Positions 9,799 through 19,185 of a DNA stretch of 64,000 nucleotides are shown here, in pieces. A program made the position numbers and the translations under genes. The stretch comes from Candidatus Thorarchaeota archaeon. GTDB lineage: Archaea > Asgardarchaeota > Thorarchaeia > Thorarchaeales > Thorarchaeaceae. The notes beneath the pieces were generated by a model. It worked only from the letters and a program-made list of their open reading frames with translations, ran no database searches and was not told where the DNA came from. Location of the stretch: NCBI GenBank assembly GCA_048882485.1, contig JBHLRP010000001.1:128001-192000 (forward strand), in the 5' to 3' direction. Position 1 is the first letter of the stretch, and each line of letters starts with the position of its first letter.

Positions 9799-10626
9799 TT
9801 ACATATTTTGCATGTTCAAAGCGTACTCATGGCATTCTCTCAGAAGATAGTATCCATTATATGCCAAATCGCGGAAATCGTTGCGGCTAGTATAGCCAGA
9901 GATGAACAGCCGCCATCCAGCCATATAGAACGCCCTGTAGAGTCGCTCCATTTCATTCAACCTCATATCTAATAGTTGGGCACATATCTTAGTGCGATTC
10001 CAGTTCCAAACCGAATTTGGATCTTCATGGGTCTGTGTTATCACTCGCACGGGTGATGGTGACACTCTCCACAGCATTCGTCTAATCATTGACCAGAAGT
10101 CAAACCCAGCTCTGTCTACAGCACTCATGACAACTTCATGCAGATACTCCTTCAGATCGATCAAGTTCCCCAAGTCGATTTGGCGGATAGTATCATCTGA
10201 GGGAATCTTCGCCGGCTTAGGATCCCCTATCAGAGGTTGTACTGCATCGATCCTAGGCATTACAAACCATTTCTCTGCCCGGAACGGGTTGATATGAACC
10301 AATTGACTGCGTGGAAAATGAAGAGGCTTTGGTTCCAGCTCGAAGAATCGGTCTTCATATCGCCTGGAGAATCGCATTGCTGCCTCGAATCTGTCCTTGC
10401 AACCATGGAACAGATCTTCCTCATCTTTGAGTAGGATGTGGATGTCAACATCACTGAGCACTGGCACATAGTCAATTGGGGAGTCCCATTTCTTCATTGA
10501 GGATCCCTTAGAATAGACATATTCGATGCGGTCTCCAAGTTCATCCTTCAGCACCTCAATCCACGATTGGAGACACATCCTGATTTCATGGCGTGCTTTC
10601 TTGTGAAGAAGAGCAAAATCAGTCAT
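9799..10626 (-). CDS. Hypothetical protein with a Pol-beta-type nucleotidyltransferase-like motif
   Basis: YVYSKGSS...SDVDIHILL matches the hG[GS]...DhD motif, followed by a helical C-terminal domain. Confidence 0.55.
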   Translation of the reverse strand: MTDFALLHKKARHEIRMCLQSWIEVLKDELGDRIEYVYSKGSSMKKWDSPIDYVPVLSDVDIHILLKDEEDLFHGCKDRFEAAMRFSRRYEDRFFELEPKPLHFPRSQLVHINPFRAEKWFVMPRIDAVQPLIGDPKPAKIPSDDTIRQIDLGNLIDLKEYLHEVVMSAVDRAGFDFWSMIRRMLWRVSPSPVRVITQTHEDPNSVWNWNRTKICAQLLDMRLNEMERLYRAFYMAGWRLFISGYTSRNDFRDLAYNGYYLLRECHEYALNMQNM

Positions 10627-10691
10627 AGGTCATATGAAGCACTGGCAAATGAAAACGCTTCCGCCTTAGAAGAGTGCAGCCATACCCTTAA

Positions 10692-12242
10692 TTGCAGGTA
10701 CGGCCTCAACGGATAATCGCAAGGACGAGCGATGACGCAATGACAGACCAAGGACAGCAATCTATAGTAGCCAGCATCGATATGCCTGGTCCCTACAAGA
10801 TTGTGGCAGCAACAAGCTTTGGTGTTTTTCTAAGCGCCCTTGATTCCTCGATCGTGAACGTTTCACTAGTAACAATGGCAACCAGCCTCAGCGTTGAGAT
10901 GGCTGAGATTCAGTGGGTTGTCCTCTCATACCTTCTAATCATGACTTCCTTTATGCCGCTGATGGGAAAGTTCGGGGATAGGTTCTGTAAGACAAAAGTC
11001 TTCCAAATGGGGATGATCATTTTCGTGGTTGGATCACTATTCTGTGCATTTAGTCCAACCCTTCAATTCCTGATTATATCAAGGATATTCCAGGCTTTTG
11101 GCGCAAGTATGATGTCAGCTAATGGATTAGCTCTAGTCACTTACTTCACCACGCCCTCAAATCGAGGGAGAGCTATAGGATTGAGCTCAATTGTCTTGGC
11201 TGCTGCTTTGGCTCTAGGTCCAGTCTTGGGTGGAATCCTTAGTCAATTCTTTGGATGGCAAAGCATCTTCCTCATCAACCTGCCCATTGGCGTTGTAGGA
11301 TTCCTCGTAGTCTGGGCGACTATTCCTGAAACCGAATGCGTGCATGAGGTGAAATTCGATACAGTTGGAGCAATGCTTTTCCTGACCTTTCTATTCACAT
11401 TGATCTTCACTGTTTCCGTTATTGGATCAATTGCAGTATTCCCTGACCTGATTCTACTGCTGGCAATCTTCATTGTTTCTTTCATAGCGTTCATCTATAG
11501 AGAGAGAACCTTCATCACACCCATAATCCCGATGAATGTCCTAGCTGACAGACGGACATCAGTGAGTATATTCTCAGCACTTCTTGCTTACATGTCTCTT
11601 GTACCTGTGTCATTCCTACTGCCCTTCTATCTCCAGGATGCAAAAGGCTTCACACAGGTTGCTACAGGCCTTATACTTGTCGCACATCCCCTCGTTATCT
11701 CAGTCGTGGGACCGTTCTCAGGATTTGTTTCAGAGAGAATCAGAGCAAAGACCCAGACAGTTGTGGGTCTAATTGCTCAATTCATAGGCCTAGTCTTCTT
11801 CGGAATGGCTGTGGCTAGTATTCAGCCAATGCCCAATGCAACTGCAATTCCTTGGGTGTCCCTAATTCTACCAGTGCTTGGCATTGTGATTCTCGGATTT
11901 GGTCTATCATTCTTCAGTGTGGCGAATAGCAATTTCATCATGACTTCGACACCCCGGGATTATATGGGCGTAGTTAGTGCTCTGACAAACATCGCTCGAA
12001 CAACTGGATTCTCAGTTGCAACAGCTCTTGTGACGACGGTCTTCATGTTGAATTTCGCAGCTATCAATACCACCGGAGCTACCTCAGGCCCGTTGTATGT
12101 TGGTGCATATACACTAGCATACCAGTTCACAGTCTGGGCACTAGCAATACTAGCCGTACTGGGTATCGCAATCTCCATGTTTAGAGGTCTCAGTCCAGCT
12201 GAAGCTGAAAGAGAAGCTGCACAAGTAGCTGCAGAAGATTAG
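10692..12242 (+). CDS. MFS transporter, DHA2 (EmrB/QacA) 14-TM family
   Basis: LDSSIVNVSL, GKFGDRFC, LGPVLGGIL and WQSIFLINLPIG motifs. A likely start is ATG 10740. Confidence 0.92.
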   Translation: MQVRPQRIIARTSDDAMTDQGQQSIVASIDMPGPYKIVAATSFGVFLSALDSSIVNVSLVTMATSLSVEMAEIQWVVLSYLLIMTSFMPLMGKFGDRFCKTKVFQMGMIIFVVGSLFCAFSPTLQFLIISRIFQAFGASMMSANGLALVTYFTTPSNRGRAIGLSSIVLAAALALGPVLGGILSQFFGWQSIFLINLPIGVVGFLVVWATIPETECVHEVKFDTVGAMLFLTFLFTLIFTVSVIGSIAVFPDLILLLAIFIVSFIAFIYRERTFITPIIPMNVLADRRTSVSIFSALLAYMSLVPVSFLLPFYLQDAKGFTQVATGLILVAHPLVISVVGPFSGFVSERIRAKTQTVVGLIAQFIGLVFFGMAVASIQPMPNATAIPWVSLILPVLGIVILGFGLSFFSVANSNFIMTSTPRDYMGVVSALTNIARTTGFSVATALVTTVFMLNFAAINTTGATSGPLYVGAYTLAYQFTVWALAILAVLGIAISMFRGLSPAEAEREAAQVAAED

Positions 12243-13582
12243 AGTCCAAATGCATCAGCAATTGTAAGTACTCGTCTCCTGAAATCAGGATGGCTCAACG
12301 CCATCAGGTTCTTCCCAACCTCGCTGTCAAACATGAGCTTCTTAGGATTAGTCCTGAGCAAGTCCAATAGGTCTTTTATCTCATCGTTCGAGAGACGGCG
12401 GTCACCATCATAATCGACTGATCTCCAGTCAACGGTCTTTGGTGTCTTATCTTCCTCTTTCGATGGTTCTTCTTTCACAGGCCTCTTCTCTTCAAGGAAA
12501 ACCATTGCTGGCTCAATAGCTGACTTGATCTGTTGATCGCTGAGATTTACTCCATAGACCTCTCTCATATGTTTCAATCTAGTTGCAAGGAAGACCCATG
12601 GAGCCATCTCTCGTGCATTGGCCTCATCAATTCCATCAAGAGGGTATTGTTCAATCATTCGGACAAGCTCCTTCTGTGTAACAACACCACTCCGTTCAGG
12701 ATTCAGTGATTCCAACCAACGAATCTCGTCAATCAGAACAGAAATCGCCTCTGACCTCTGCCCCAGACGAATGAGACCATTGATTGTCTGCTCAGCGCCT
12801 ACAACTTCCGCTGCGTGATAATCAGATAGTAGCTCCGCTTCACGTGATCCTTTCTGCATGAGGAAAATCGATACGGCTGCTAGGAATCTAGAAAGCCCGA
12901 AGAATGCCAGTAGTACTATAACACGAATCCCAGCTACAACGACATCACCAGCAACGAAGAGGGAGTCAGATACGGCCAGGGCTATTCGCACATAGACATA
13001 GATATAGATCGTATCAATAAAGAAGGCGGGCATCCTAGCTAGAATCTGAATGACAGAGTCGCGATTCTTGATGTGTCCAACCTCATGCGCGATGATCGCT
13101 TTTACTTCTTCAGGTTCAAGCACATCCAAGATGTTGCTATGTACAGCGATGATGGAGCCCATCAAAGGAAGGCTGAATGTAAATGCATTGGGGAGGGGCG
13201 ACTTCATCAGATAGATCTTGCTTACTGAAACTCCACTCAATTTCGCAGTTTCAAGGGTCCATTTGACTATCTCATCACGTGAGAACTGACATGCCCATTC
13301 GTCTGGGCTCTTGAAATCAGGATAGAGCTGCAATAAATCCGGACTTCGTTGCATGGCAACTGCAACATAGTATACGAGGAAGAGTTGGAGCAAGCTGATG
13401 CCAATCAATAGAGTCAGCGAAGCAGCAAGATCAAATCTTGAAAAGTCAATGCCAACGACAAGAGGGTTATTCTGTTCGTCGAGATACAAAACCGACACAA
13501 ACAGGATTTGCAGGAAGTCCATTATCAAGAAGGCATACAGTGACATCCACTTTCTCTTTGTGACTGCTTCAATAGTGTCCAA
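12239..13582 (-). CDS. M48 family (HtpX/Ste24-like) membrane zinc metallopeptidase with an EF-hand-containing insertion
   Basis: PNAF, AIIAHEVGHIKNRD (HExxH), REAELLSDYHAA and C-terminal SHPDFRRRV motifs, about 4 TMs, and a DYDGDRRLSNDE loop. Confidence 0.88.
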   Translation of the reverse strand: MDTIEAVTKRKWMSLYAFLIMDFLQILFVSVLYLDEQNNPLVVGIDFSRFDLAASLTLLIGISLLQLFLVYYVAVAMQRSPDLLQLYPDFKSPDEWACQFSRDEIVKWTLETAKLSGVSVSKIYLMKSPLPNAFTFSLPLMGSIIAVHSNILDVLEPEEVKAIIAHEVGHIKNRDSVIQILARMPAFFIDTIYIYVYVRIALAVSDSLFVAGDVVVAGIRVIVLLAFFGLSRFLAAVSIFLMQKGSREAELLSDYHAAEVVGAEQTINGLIRLGQRSEAISVLIDEIRWLESLNPERSGVVTQKELVRMIEQYPLDGIDEANAREMAPWVFLATRLKHMREVYGVNLSDQQIKSAIEPAMVFLEEKRPVKEEPSKEEDKTPKTVDWRSVDYDGDRRLSNDEIKDLLDLLRTNPKKLMFDSEVGKNLMALSHPDFRRRVLTIADAFGL

Positions 13583-13658
13583 TGTGCATCCCTCGAATCA
13601 AATCAATCTGGCGAACTTATCTCGAGATTTAACTTTTGGGACTTATACATGTGGGCAA

Positions 13659-14210
13659 TCATGCCTCCCTGGCTCGTGTCTTGACCAGCTGTCTGGATTC
13701 AGTTGCAGCATGCAGAAAGAGTTCAGCGACATTCAGCCCCGTTTTTGCGCTCGCCTCAAAATAAGTCAGGGTCAAGATATCTGCCATCCTTCGGCCCTCC
13801 TCGGCGGTGATTTTCTCTTGGTCTTCTAAATCAGCCTTATTGCCAACAAGGGATCCTCTTGGGAAGAGCTTCTCGGGTATGTTAACATTCTTTGTTAAAG
13901 ATCCATGCCATTCTGGAATGAGGTCAAACGTGGATCGGTCAGTCTTATCGAAGACAAGAATCATATGATGAGAACCAGCAAAGAAGCGACTTCTTAGACT
14001 GGTGAAAGTTGACTGTCCTCCAATGTCAACAACAGTAAGGACAACAGATCCATCCGGAAAGTCAAATGTAGCTGCCTTCATGTCCATTCCTACGGTGGCT
14101 GTGTACCCTTCGCTGAATTCCCCCGCTTGATAGCGCCTAATCAGTGAGCTTTTTCCCACGTTTGGTGGGCCAAGAACAATGGCCTTGTAAATTTCTGCCA
14201 GGTCGGACAA
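13659..14210 (-). CDS. Ras-superfamily small GTPase, Rab-like
   Basis: G1 GPPNVGKSS, G2 YTATVGMD, G3 DIGGQ, G4 GNKAD, G5 EASAKTG. No C-terminal Cys prenylation motif. Confidence 0.93.
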   Translation of the reverse strand: MSDLAEIYKAIVLGPPNVGKSSLIRRYQAGEFSEGYTATVGMDMKAATFDFPDGSVVLTVVDIGGQSTFTSLRSRFFAGSHHMILVFDKTDRSTFDLIPEWHGSLTKNVNIPEKLFPRGSLVGNKADLEDQEKITAEEGRRMADILTLTYFEASAKTGLNVAELFLHAATESRQLVKTRAREA

Positions 14211-14343
14211 CCCCTTGCTTGCAAGAGGAATCCATCTTCATTACTTTTCAGCGTTGGGGCGACATACTCTATGATTGCATAGGATATTAGCCCTTCACCT
14301 ATAGAAGCCTTTTAGAGGCGGTAGGGTCCGTGAAAGAAACGCA

Positions 14344-14817
14344 ATGGTCGACTTGGACGACATCAGAAAGAGAACGAAGAATGCTAGAGATTATGTCGAG
14401 AGTATAGAAGGCAAGGCAGGAGGCCAATTTCTTGAGGTCTACGATGATTACAAACTGGATCCTCATTCGACAGAGGAACTCAAGACTTTAACTAAAGGCC
14501 TCGTATTTGTAGTGATGAGCGCTGGGTGGTGCAAGGATTGCAGATTTGCGCTTCCAGTTCTAATGCATTTGGAAGAGGAAATTGGGCTGGACGTAAGATG
14601 CTTTGGTGGCATCAAGACAGCTCCATTGGATCCAGATCATCAATGGAAAATCCCGCCTTCTCCTCCAGAGATGGAAGAGTGGGGGGTGACAGCGATTCCT
14701 TGGATTCAGATATTCGATAGTAATGGCGATAGAGTTGCAGTCATAATTGAGAAGCCTGCGGTGAAGTCTACCCTGGAAGCTGAACTTGTCCATGTCATAA
14801 AAGAAGCCTTGGCGTAG
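14344..14817 (+). CDS. Thioredoxin-like protein
   Basis: WCKDC redox motif and a cis-Pro loop (VTAIP). Confidence 0.8.
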   Translation: MVDLDDIRKRTKNARDYVESIEGKAGGQFLEVYDDYKLDPHSTEELKTLTKGLVFVVMSAGWCKDCRFALPVLMHLEEEIGLDVRCFGGIKTAPLDPDHQWKIPPSPPEMEEWGVTAIPWIQIFDSNGDRVAVIIEKPAVKSTLEAELVHVIKEALA

Positions 14818-14853
14818 AAATAAAAGCAACTCCAATCTGTGATAAGCTAATCA

Positions 14854-16122
14854 ATGGAGGAAATGAAGATGGAAATCCCTGTTCTATCGAGATTCATTAA
14901 AGGGCTAAAACTGTTCTTCGAGTCCAAGAAACTCAGATGGTTCACTATAATCTTCATATTATCAGCCATTTTCGTCTTCGTGCTCAGGGAGTTAGGCAAC
15001 ATTTGGCCAACTACTGGATTGATTACTGTTCTTGGCGGAGTATTTCCAACATACTTCATGATTGCCGCCATATTGGCTCTTTTTGGTCTACAAAGATTCC
15101 TTGCAGATGAGGAGTCCTATGGCCGTTCATTCGCGCTATTCATTCCTTCAATTATCGCCAGCATTGTTTTGTATGTCTTTTTGTTTTTCTTTGCGAATGC
15201 ACTATGGTTCTTCATCTTCTTTTGGATAGCATTCTTTGGTTGGATTGTGTTTCAGGCTTTCATCTCCTCTCGAAGCGCGCTGGGTTATGCTGAGAGCGTT
15301 GACATAGAGCATCGATCGAAAGCAGTCACAGTGTTTTTTGGAACACTATATTTGGCTAGTTATTTCATTGTTATAGGAGCCTTCATCATAATGCTCTTTC
15401 TTAATCCTGCAATTTTCGTAACTGATACTGGATTGCTTGTCGTTGTGGCTGCAGGAATCGGAGTTATTATCGCAGCAGGATACAATTTTCTGAATGGTAT
15501 CCTTATACTCAGATACCGAAACAAGGTAATGGGAGACAACCTTGCACTTTTAGGCCTCTTCATTGCTTTATACGTGGCATATTTCCTCTATAATGTCCTG
15601 AAGCCAGATCCAACAGGAGTGGATTTGCTTTCCTCAATCATCGATGTCGGGATTTCTGTCTTCTTCATCCTCTATGCGATGAGCTCGGTGGGACTGACTC
15701 TCTCAGCTAGAGCTGAACTGGAAACTAGATGGAAGATTTCAAAAGAACTAGCAGCAGCCATTACTTTCTTCCTCGCATCTGGATATCTTGTTGTAGAAGC
15801 TGCATTTGAATCTGCAGGCTTCGCGATCTTCGAGCGGGGGCCAGACCTAATTAAACTCCTTCTATTTCCAGGGGTGGCCTTGCTAATGGCATTGCTATTC
15901 ATTAGGAGGGCAGGTCGAGTGCCACCTGAACCGGCTCCAATGCCTGAAGATGCCCCTGTTCTCGCTGAAGATGTGGAAGCAAAGGAAGATACCATTGACG
16001 AAACTCCAATACCTGAGTCGACATTCGAATCCGATTCGGATGCGGAGGAGAACTTCGAGGAAGACGAGCCATTCATCGAAGATGAGTCAGAAGACGCTGA
16101 AGATATCGAATCTGAATACTAA
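14854..16122 (+). CDS. Polytopic membrane protein (about 10 TM) with an acidic disordered C-terminal tail
   Basis: Long hydrophobic segments; the last ~70 aa are rich in Glu, Asp and Pro. Confidence 0.75.
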   Translation: MEEMKMEIPVLSRFIKGLKLFFESKKLRWFTIIFILSAIFVFVLRELGNIWPTTGLITVLGGVFPTYFMIAAILALFGLQRFLADEESYGRSFALFIPSIIASIVLYVFLFFFANALWFFIFFWIAFFGWIVFQAFISSRSALGYAESVDIEHRSKAVTVFFGTLYLASYFIVIGAFIIMLFLNPAIFVTDTGLLVVVAAGIGVIIAAGYNFLNGILILRYRNKVMGDNLALLGLFIALYVAYFLYNVLKPDPTGVDLLSSIIDVGISVFFILYAMSSVGLTLSARAELETRWKISKELAAAITFFLASGYLVVEAAFESAGFAIFERGPDLIKLLLFPGVALLMALLFIRRAGRVPPEPAPMPEDAPVLAEDVEAKEDTIDETPIPESTFESDSDAEENFEEDEPFIEDESEDAEDIESEY

Positions 16123-16327
16123 TCCGTTTGCATAGCAATCTCATCTCTTTTATTGGACAACCTCCGGTGGAGATAGCTTTTCACCGAGAATAAGTACACT
16201 AGATGCCGAAATAAGCGACAAAGGTTCAAATACGTACTTTTTGCATACTCTACTGTTCGTGTAGTGTTTTTGTTAGGGGACTTAATGCCCTATACTACCG
16301 AGAAAATACTCCTAAGGAGAATTACTC

Positions 16328-18790
16328 ATGAGTACTAGAAGAAACAACCTGCTTCTAGCTGCATTCGTTGTGATGACCCTGGTCTTCCCGGTGATTGCAG
16401 GTAGTACGCAGAGCACGCCGAACTCCAAGATCTCTTCGGCAGTGGTGGCTCAGGATGGACCTTCAAATGTTGCCACGATAGAAGGGATGGGCTCCTATGT
16501 GGATGCCTGGGGTGGAGTGTACAATATTTTAGCGTCAGTACAAAATGCCACGCATTACGACTACGCTCACACGTCCGCACTTGAGGCGGTAGTGACTAAC
16601 CAAATGAACACAGATGATGGATATGTCAGTCAAATGCAGTTTCTGTTCAACGGATTAACACCATTTCCCAACGGGGCAGTGGGAAGTCCGATGGCTATTC
16701 TCCAGCTGGCTATAAATCCAATCTGGGAAGTTCCTGCAGATCGGGACTCGGCTTCACTTACAGACCTTAGTGCAAGCGAAGCTAAAGCCATTGCTGAGGA
16801 AGCAGTAGCAGTCTATGAGACCGCATTCGGACTTGATATGGACAGATTAGAGATAATCCAGACCAATACGTCCCAGTGGTTCGACTACTACAATACAACG
16901 CCAGTTTATGACTATGGTTTCACATACATGATGACATACATAGACATTCTTACTGCAAGTCAGGGTGAAACAGCGATGCCTCTGTTCCTAGACCGCCTTG
17001 CCAATATGGGTGGATTCATGGATTTGGTGGGCTCCCCTGATTGGCCAGCTCTGATGACATCTGCAGGCGAAGTCTACATTCCGCAATACTATCTTCCATA
17101 CTATGACTCCATGTCTTCCTTCGTTGGCAATTTCATGGCAGGTAGATATGAGTTCTACATCAGAGCAGATGCCTCTCACACCGATCTGGCGACGGAAGTC
17201 CAGAGTGGCGTAGTGGGCTTTGCTGGATTTGAAAATCCCGGTGTTGTAGATGCAGTAGCGGGTGACGAAACATATTCCCTGAAAGACCATGTTGGCTACA
17301 CAGGCAATATTCAGACAAAGATGGACCAGGATTCAACAGCTAACTCAATTTCAGCTATCCTTGGAGCATCTCCGGGTTCGCTATCAATTCCAGAGATTCC
17401 AACCTCCTGGATCTCACTTGATGATAGCTTTGAAATACCAACCAACATTTCTATGGAGCCCTATTTGTTCATAGAGGAAAACACCACGCTAGGTGATGCC
17501 TTGAAGGAAATGCTCTCTGTATTGCCAAAAGGTCTGGCTCTGGAGCTGAATGCGCAGATGCTGGACTTTAACACGACCGAAATTGAGAGTGGAATTATCT
17601 CCGCAGTTGATACTCTTTGGGGAAGTCTTACGCCATGGCCTGACATGAAGCAGATGGTTCTGAACATGGACTTCTCTGATCCAACGTTCTTCCCAACTAC
17701 ACCAGTTACGGAGCTGAACTTTGACTTACTGGCAGAAATCATGGCGCAGGCAGGGATGAATCCCGACGCATTGATGAGCAGAGTGGATGAAACCTTAGCT
17801 GCGGCCAATCCGTTGGCAGCAGTAGTAGAGGCATTCGTTGGCTACTTCGATTCCTACAATCTATTGGACATTCTGGACAATGACTATTATGCCGATCCAG
17901 TAGCTCTTGAGGGCTACCTTGACACATTCGGTGATGGGATTGAAGCGCTTCTGAAGGACTTCGCAGGTGTCGACTTGCCCACCGAGTTCCAGTCAAAGGA
18001 CGAGATCGCTAATTTCGTGGAAGACCATTGGGAGATTGCTCTTGGTGCTCTCTGGACTGCTATGGCTGCAGATAACCTGGCGGGAATAAAGACAGCACTC
18101 ATCAACATGGTCGATATGGAGAACTTCGCTCAGCAATTCATACCATATCTGATGGCAGACTTGAGTGCTTCATGGCTAGGAGGTATTGGCTTCCTAGGAG
18201 CAGCAAATGTCGATCCCGTAAATATGACCTTTGAGCCGCTGAACGTCGCTGACATCACTCTGACATTCGATGCAGATCCAGATGCACTTGCTGTCGATGG
18301 GCCATACCTTGTTGTCACAAAGGGCTTAATCAATAGGACTGTGAATGTTGGTGAAATGGTTGATTTCACTATCACCGTTCACAACTACGGAAATGAAGCT
18401 GCCCAAGATATACTTGTAGTGGATGGTATGAGCTCTGGATTCGATGGCGAACGTGATTGGTACTGGCAACGCGCAAGTCTCGCATCTGGTGCGACTTGGA
18501 CCATAGATTACAGCGTTCAAGCCACTGATGGTGGACTGTTTATGGACTTTCCAGCATTCTGTGTCTATTTCAACACGACAGTGTCCACGTTCAATCCTAA
18601 TTCAGCCGAGGCCTGGCCAGGTACCTCCCGGTACACATGGTCTGCACCAGGCTATCAGATCCAGGTAGTCGGTGGCGGCAACTGGTGGGAGGGTGAGATT
18701 CTGGGAATCCCCACTCTCTATGTAGTTGCTGGTATTGGTGGTGTTGCTGTAATCGGTGTAGCATTGCTAATTGTCCGACGCAGGAGCTAA
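16328..18790 (+). CDS. Secreted, membrane-anchored surface protein with a C-terminal DUF11/BatD-like Ig domain
   Basis: Signal peptide; YLVVTK...VNVGEMVDFTITVHNYG motif; C-terminal TM plus RRRS; strong AGGAG SD. Confidence 0.75.
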   Translation: MSTRRNNLLLAAFVVMTLVFPVIAGSTQSTPNSKISSAVVAQDGPSNVATIEGMGSYVDAWGGVYNILASVQNATHYDYAHTSALEAVVTNQMNTDDGYVSQMQFLFNGLTPFPNGAVGSPMAILQLAINPIWEVPADRDSASLTDLSASEAKAIAEEAVAVYETAFGLDMDRLEIIQTNTSQWFDYYNTTPVYDYGFTYMMTYIDILTASQGETAMPLFLDRLANMGGFMDLVGSPDWPALMTSAGEVYIPQYYLPYYDSMSSFVGNFMAGRYEFYIRADASHTDLATEVQSGVVGFAGFENPGVVDAVAGDETYSLKDHVGYTGNIQTKMDQDSTANSISAILGASPGSLSIPEIPTSWISLDDSFEIPTNISMEPYLFIEENTTLGDALKEMLSVLPKGLALELNAQMLDFNTTEIESGIISAVDTLWGSLTPWPDMKQMVLNMDFSDPTFFPTTPVTELNFDLLAEIMAQAGMNPDALMSRVDETLAAANPLAAVVEAFVGYFDSYNLLDILDNDYYADPVALEGYLDTFGDGIEALLKDFAGVDLPTEFQSKDEIANFVEDHWEIALGALWTAMAADNLAGIKTALINMVDMENFAQQFIPYLMADLSASWLGGIGFLGAANVDPVNMTFEPLNVADITLTFDADPDALAVDGPYLVVTKGLINRTVNVGEMVDFTITVHNYGNEAAQDILVVDGMSSGFDGERDWYWQRASLASGATWTIDYSVQATDGGLFMDFPAFCVYFNTTVSTFNPNSAEAWPGTSRYTWSAPGYQIQVVGGGNWWEGEILGIPTLYVVAGIGGVAVIGVALLIVRRRS

Positions 18791-18808
18791 TTGACACAAC
18801 ATACCACA

Positions 18809-18854
18809 GGTCTCGTGTCTCTCGGGGCACGAGTACCCTCTCTCTTTTTCTTTC
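18809..18854 (+). terminator. Hairpin plus pyrimidine/U-tract terminator
   Basis: CTCGTGTC...GGCACGAG stem followed by CTCTCTCTTTTTCTTTC, immediately after 18790. Confidence 0.6.
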
Positions 18855-18974
18855 AACATTTTTGAAAATCGCGATAGGCGAAGCCTTTTATCTCAATATC
18901 TCTGAAGCCGTGCGAAGAACAGCGGTGCTTTTGGCACCCGGTGTTCCAAGTTGTATGTATAGGAGTTTGCTAAC

Positions 18975-19133
18975 ATGGCTAAATGGGAATGCTTGGTTTG
19001 CGGATGGGTCTACGACGAAGATCTTGGTGACCCTGACAGCGGAATAGCACCTGGCACGCTTTTTGCGGATCTTCCGGATGAATTCGTATGTCCAATGTGT
19101 GGAGCTAGCAAAGAGGACTTTGAACAGATTTGA
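18975..19133 (+). CDS. Rubredoxin, 52 aa (missing from the ORF track)
   Basis: Manual translation gives [52 protein letters not shown]. Two CxxCG motifs and the GT-F-DLPD-CP-C signature; AGGAG SD at 18961. Confidence 0.97.
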   Translation: MAKWECLVCGWVYDEDLGDPDSGIAPGTLFADLPDEFVCPMCGASKEDFEQI

Positions 19134-19151
19134 AACTCCCCGATATGCAAT

Positions 19152-19185
19152 GGGACTCGGCTCTTGAGTCCCTTCAGCTTTCTTC
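19152..19185 (+). terminator. Hairpin after rubredoxin, between convergent genes
   Basis: GGGACTC-N7-GAGTCCC followed by TTCAGCTTTCTTC. Confidence 0.45.
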
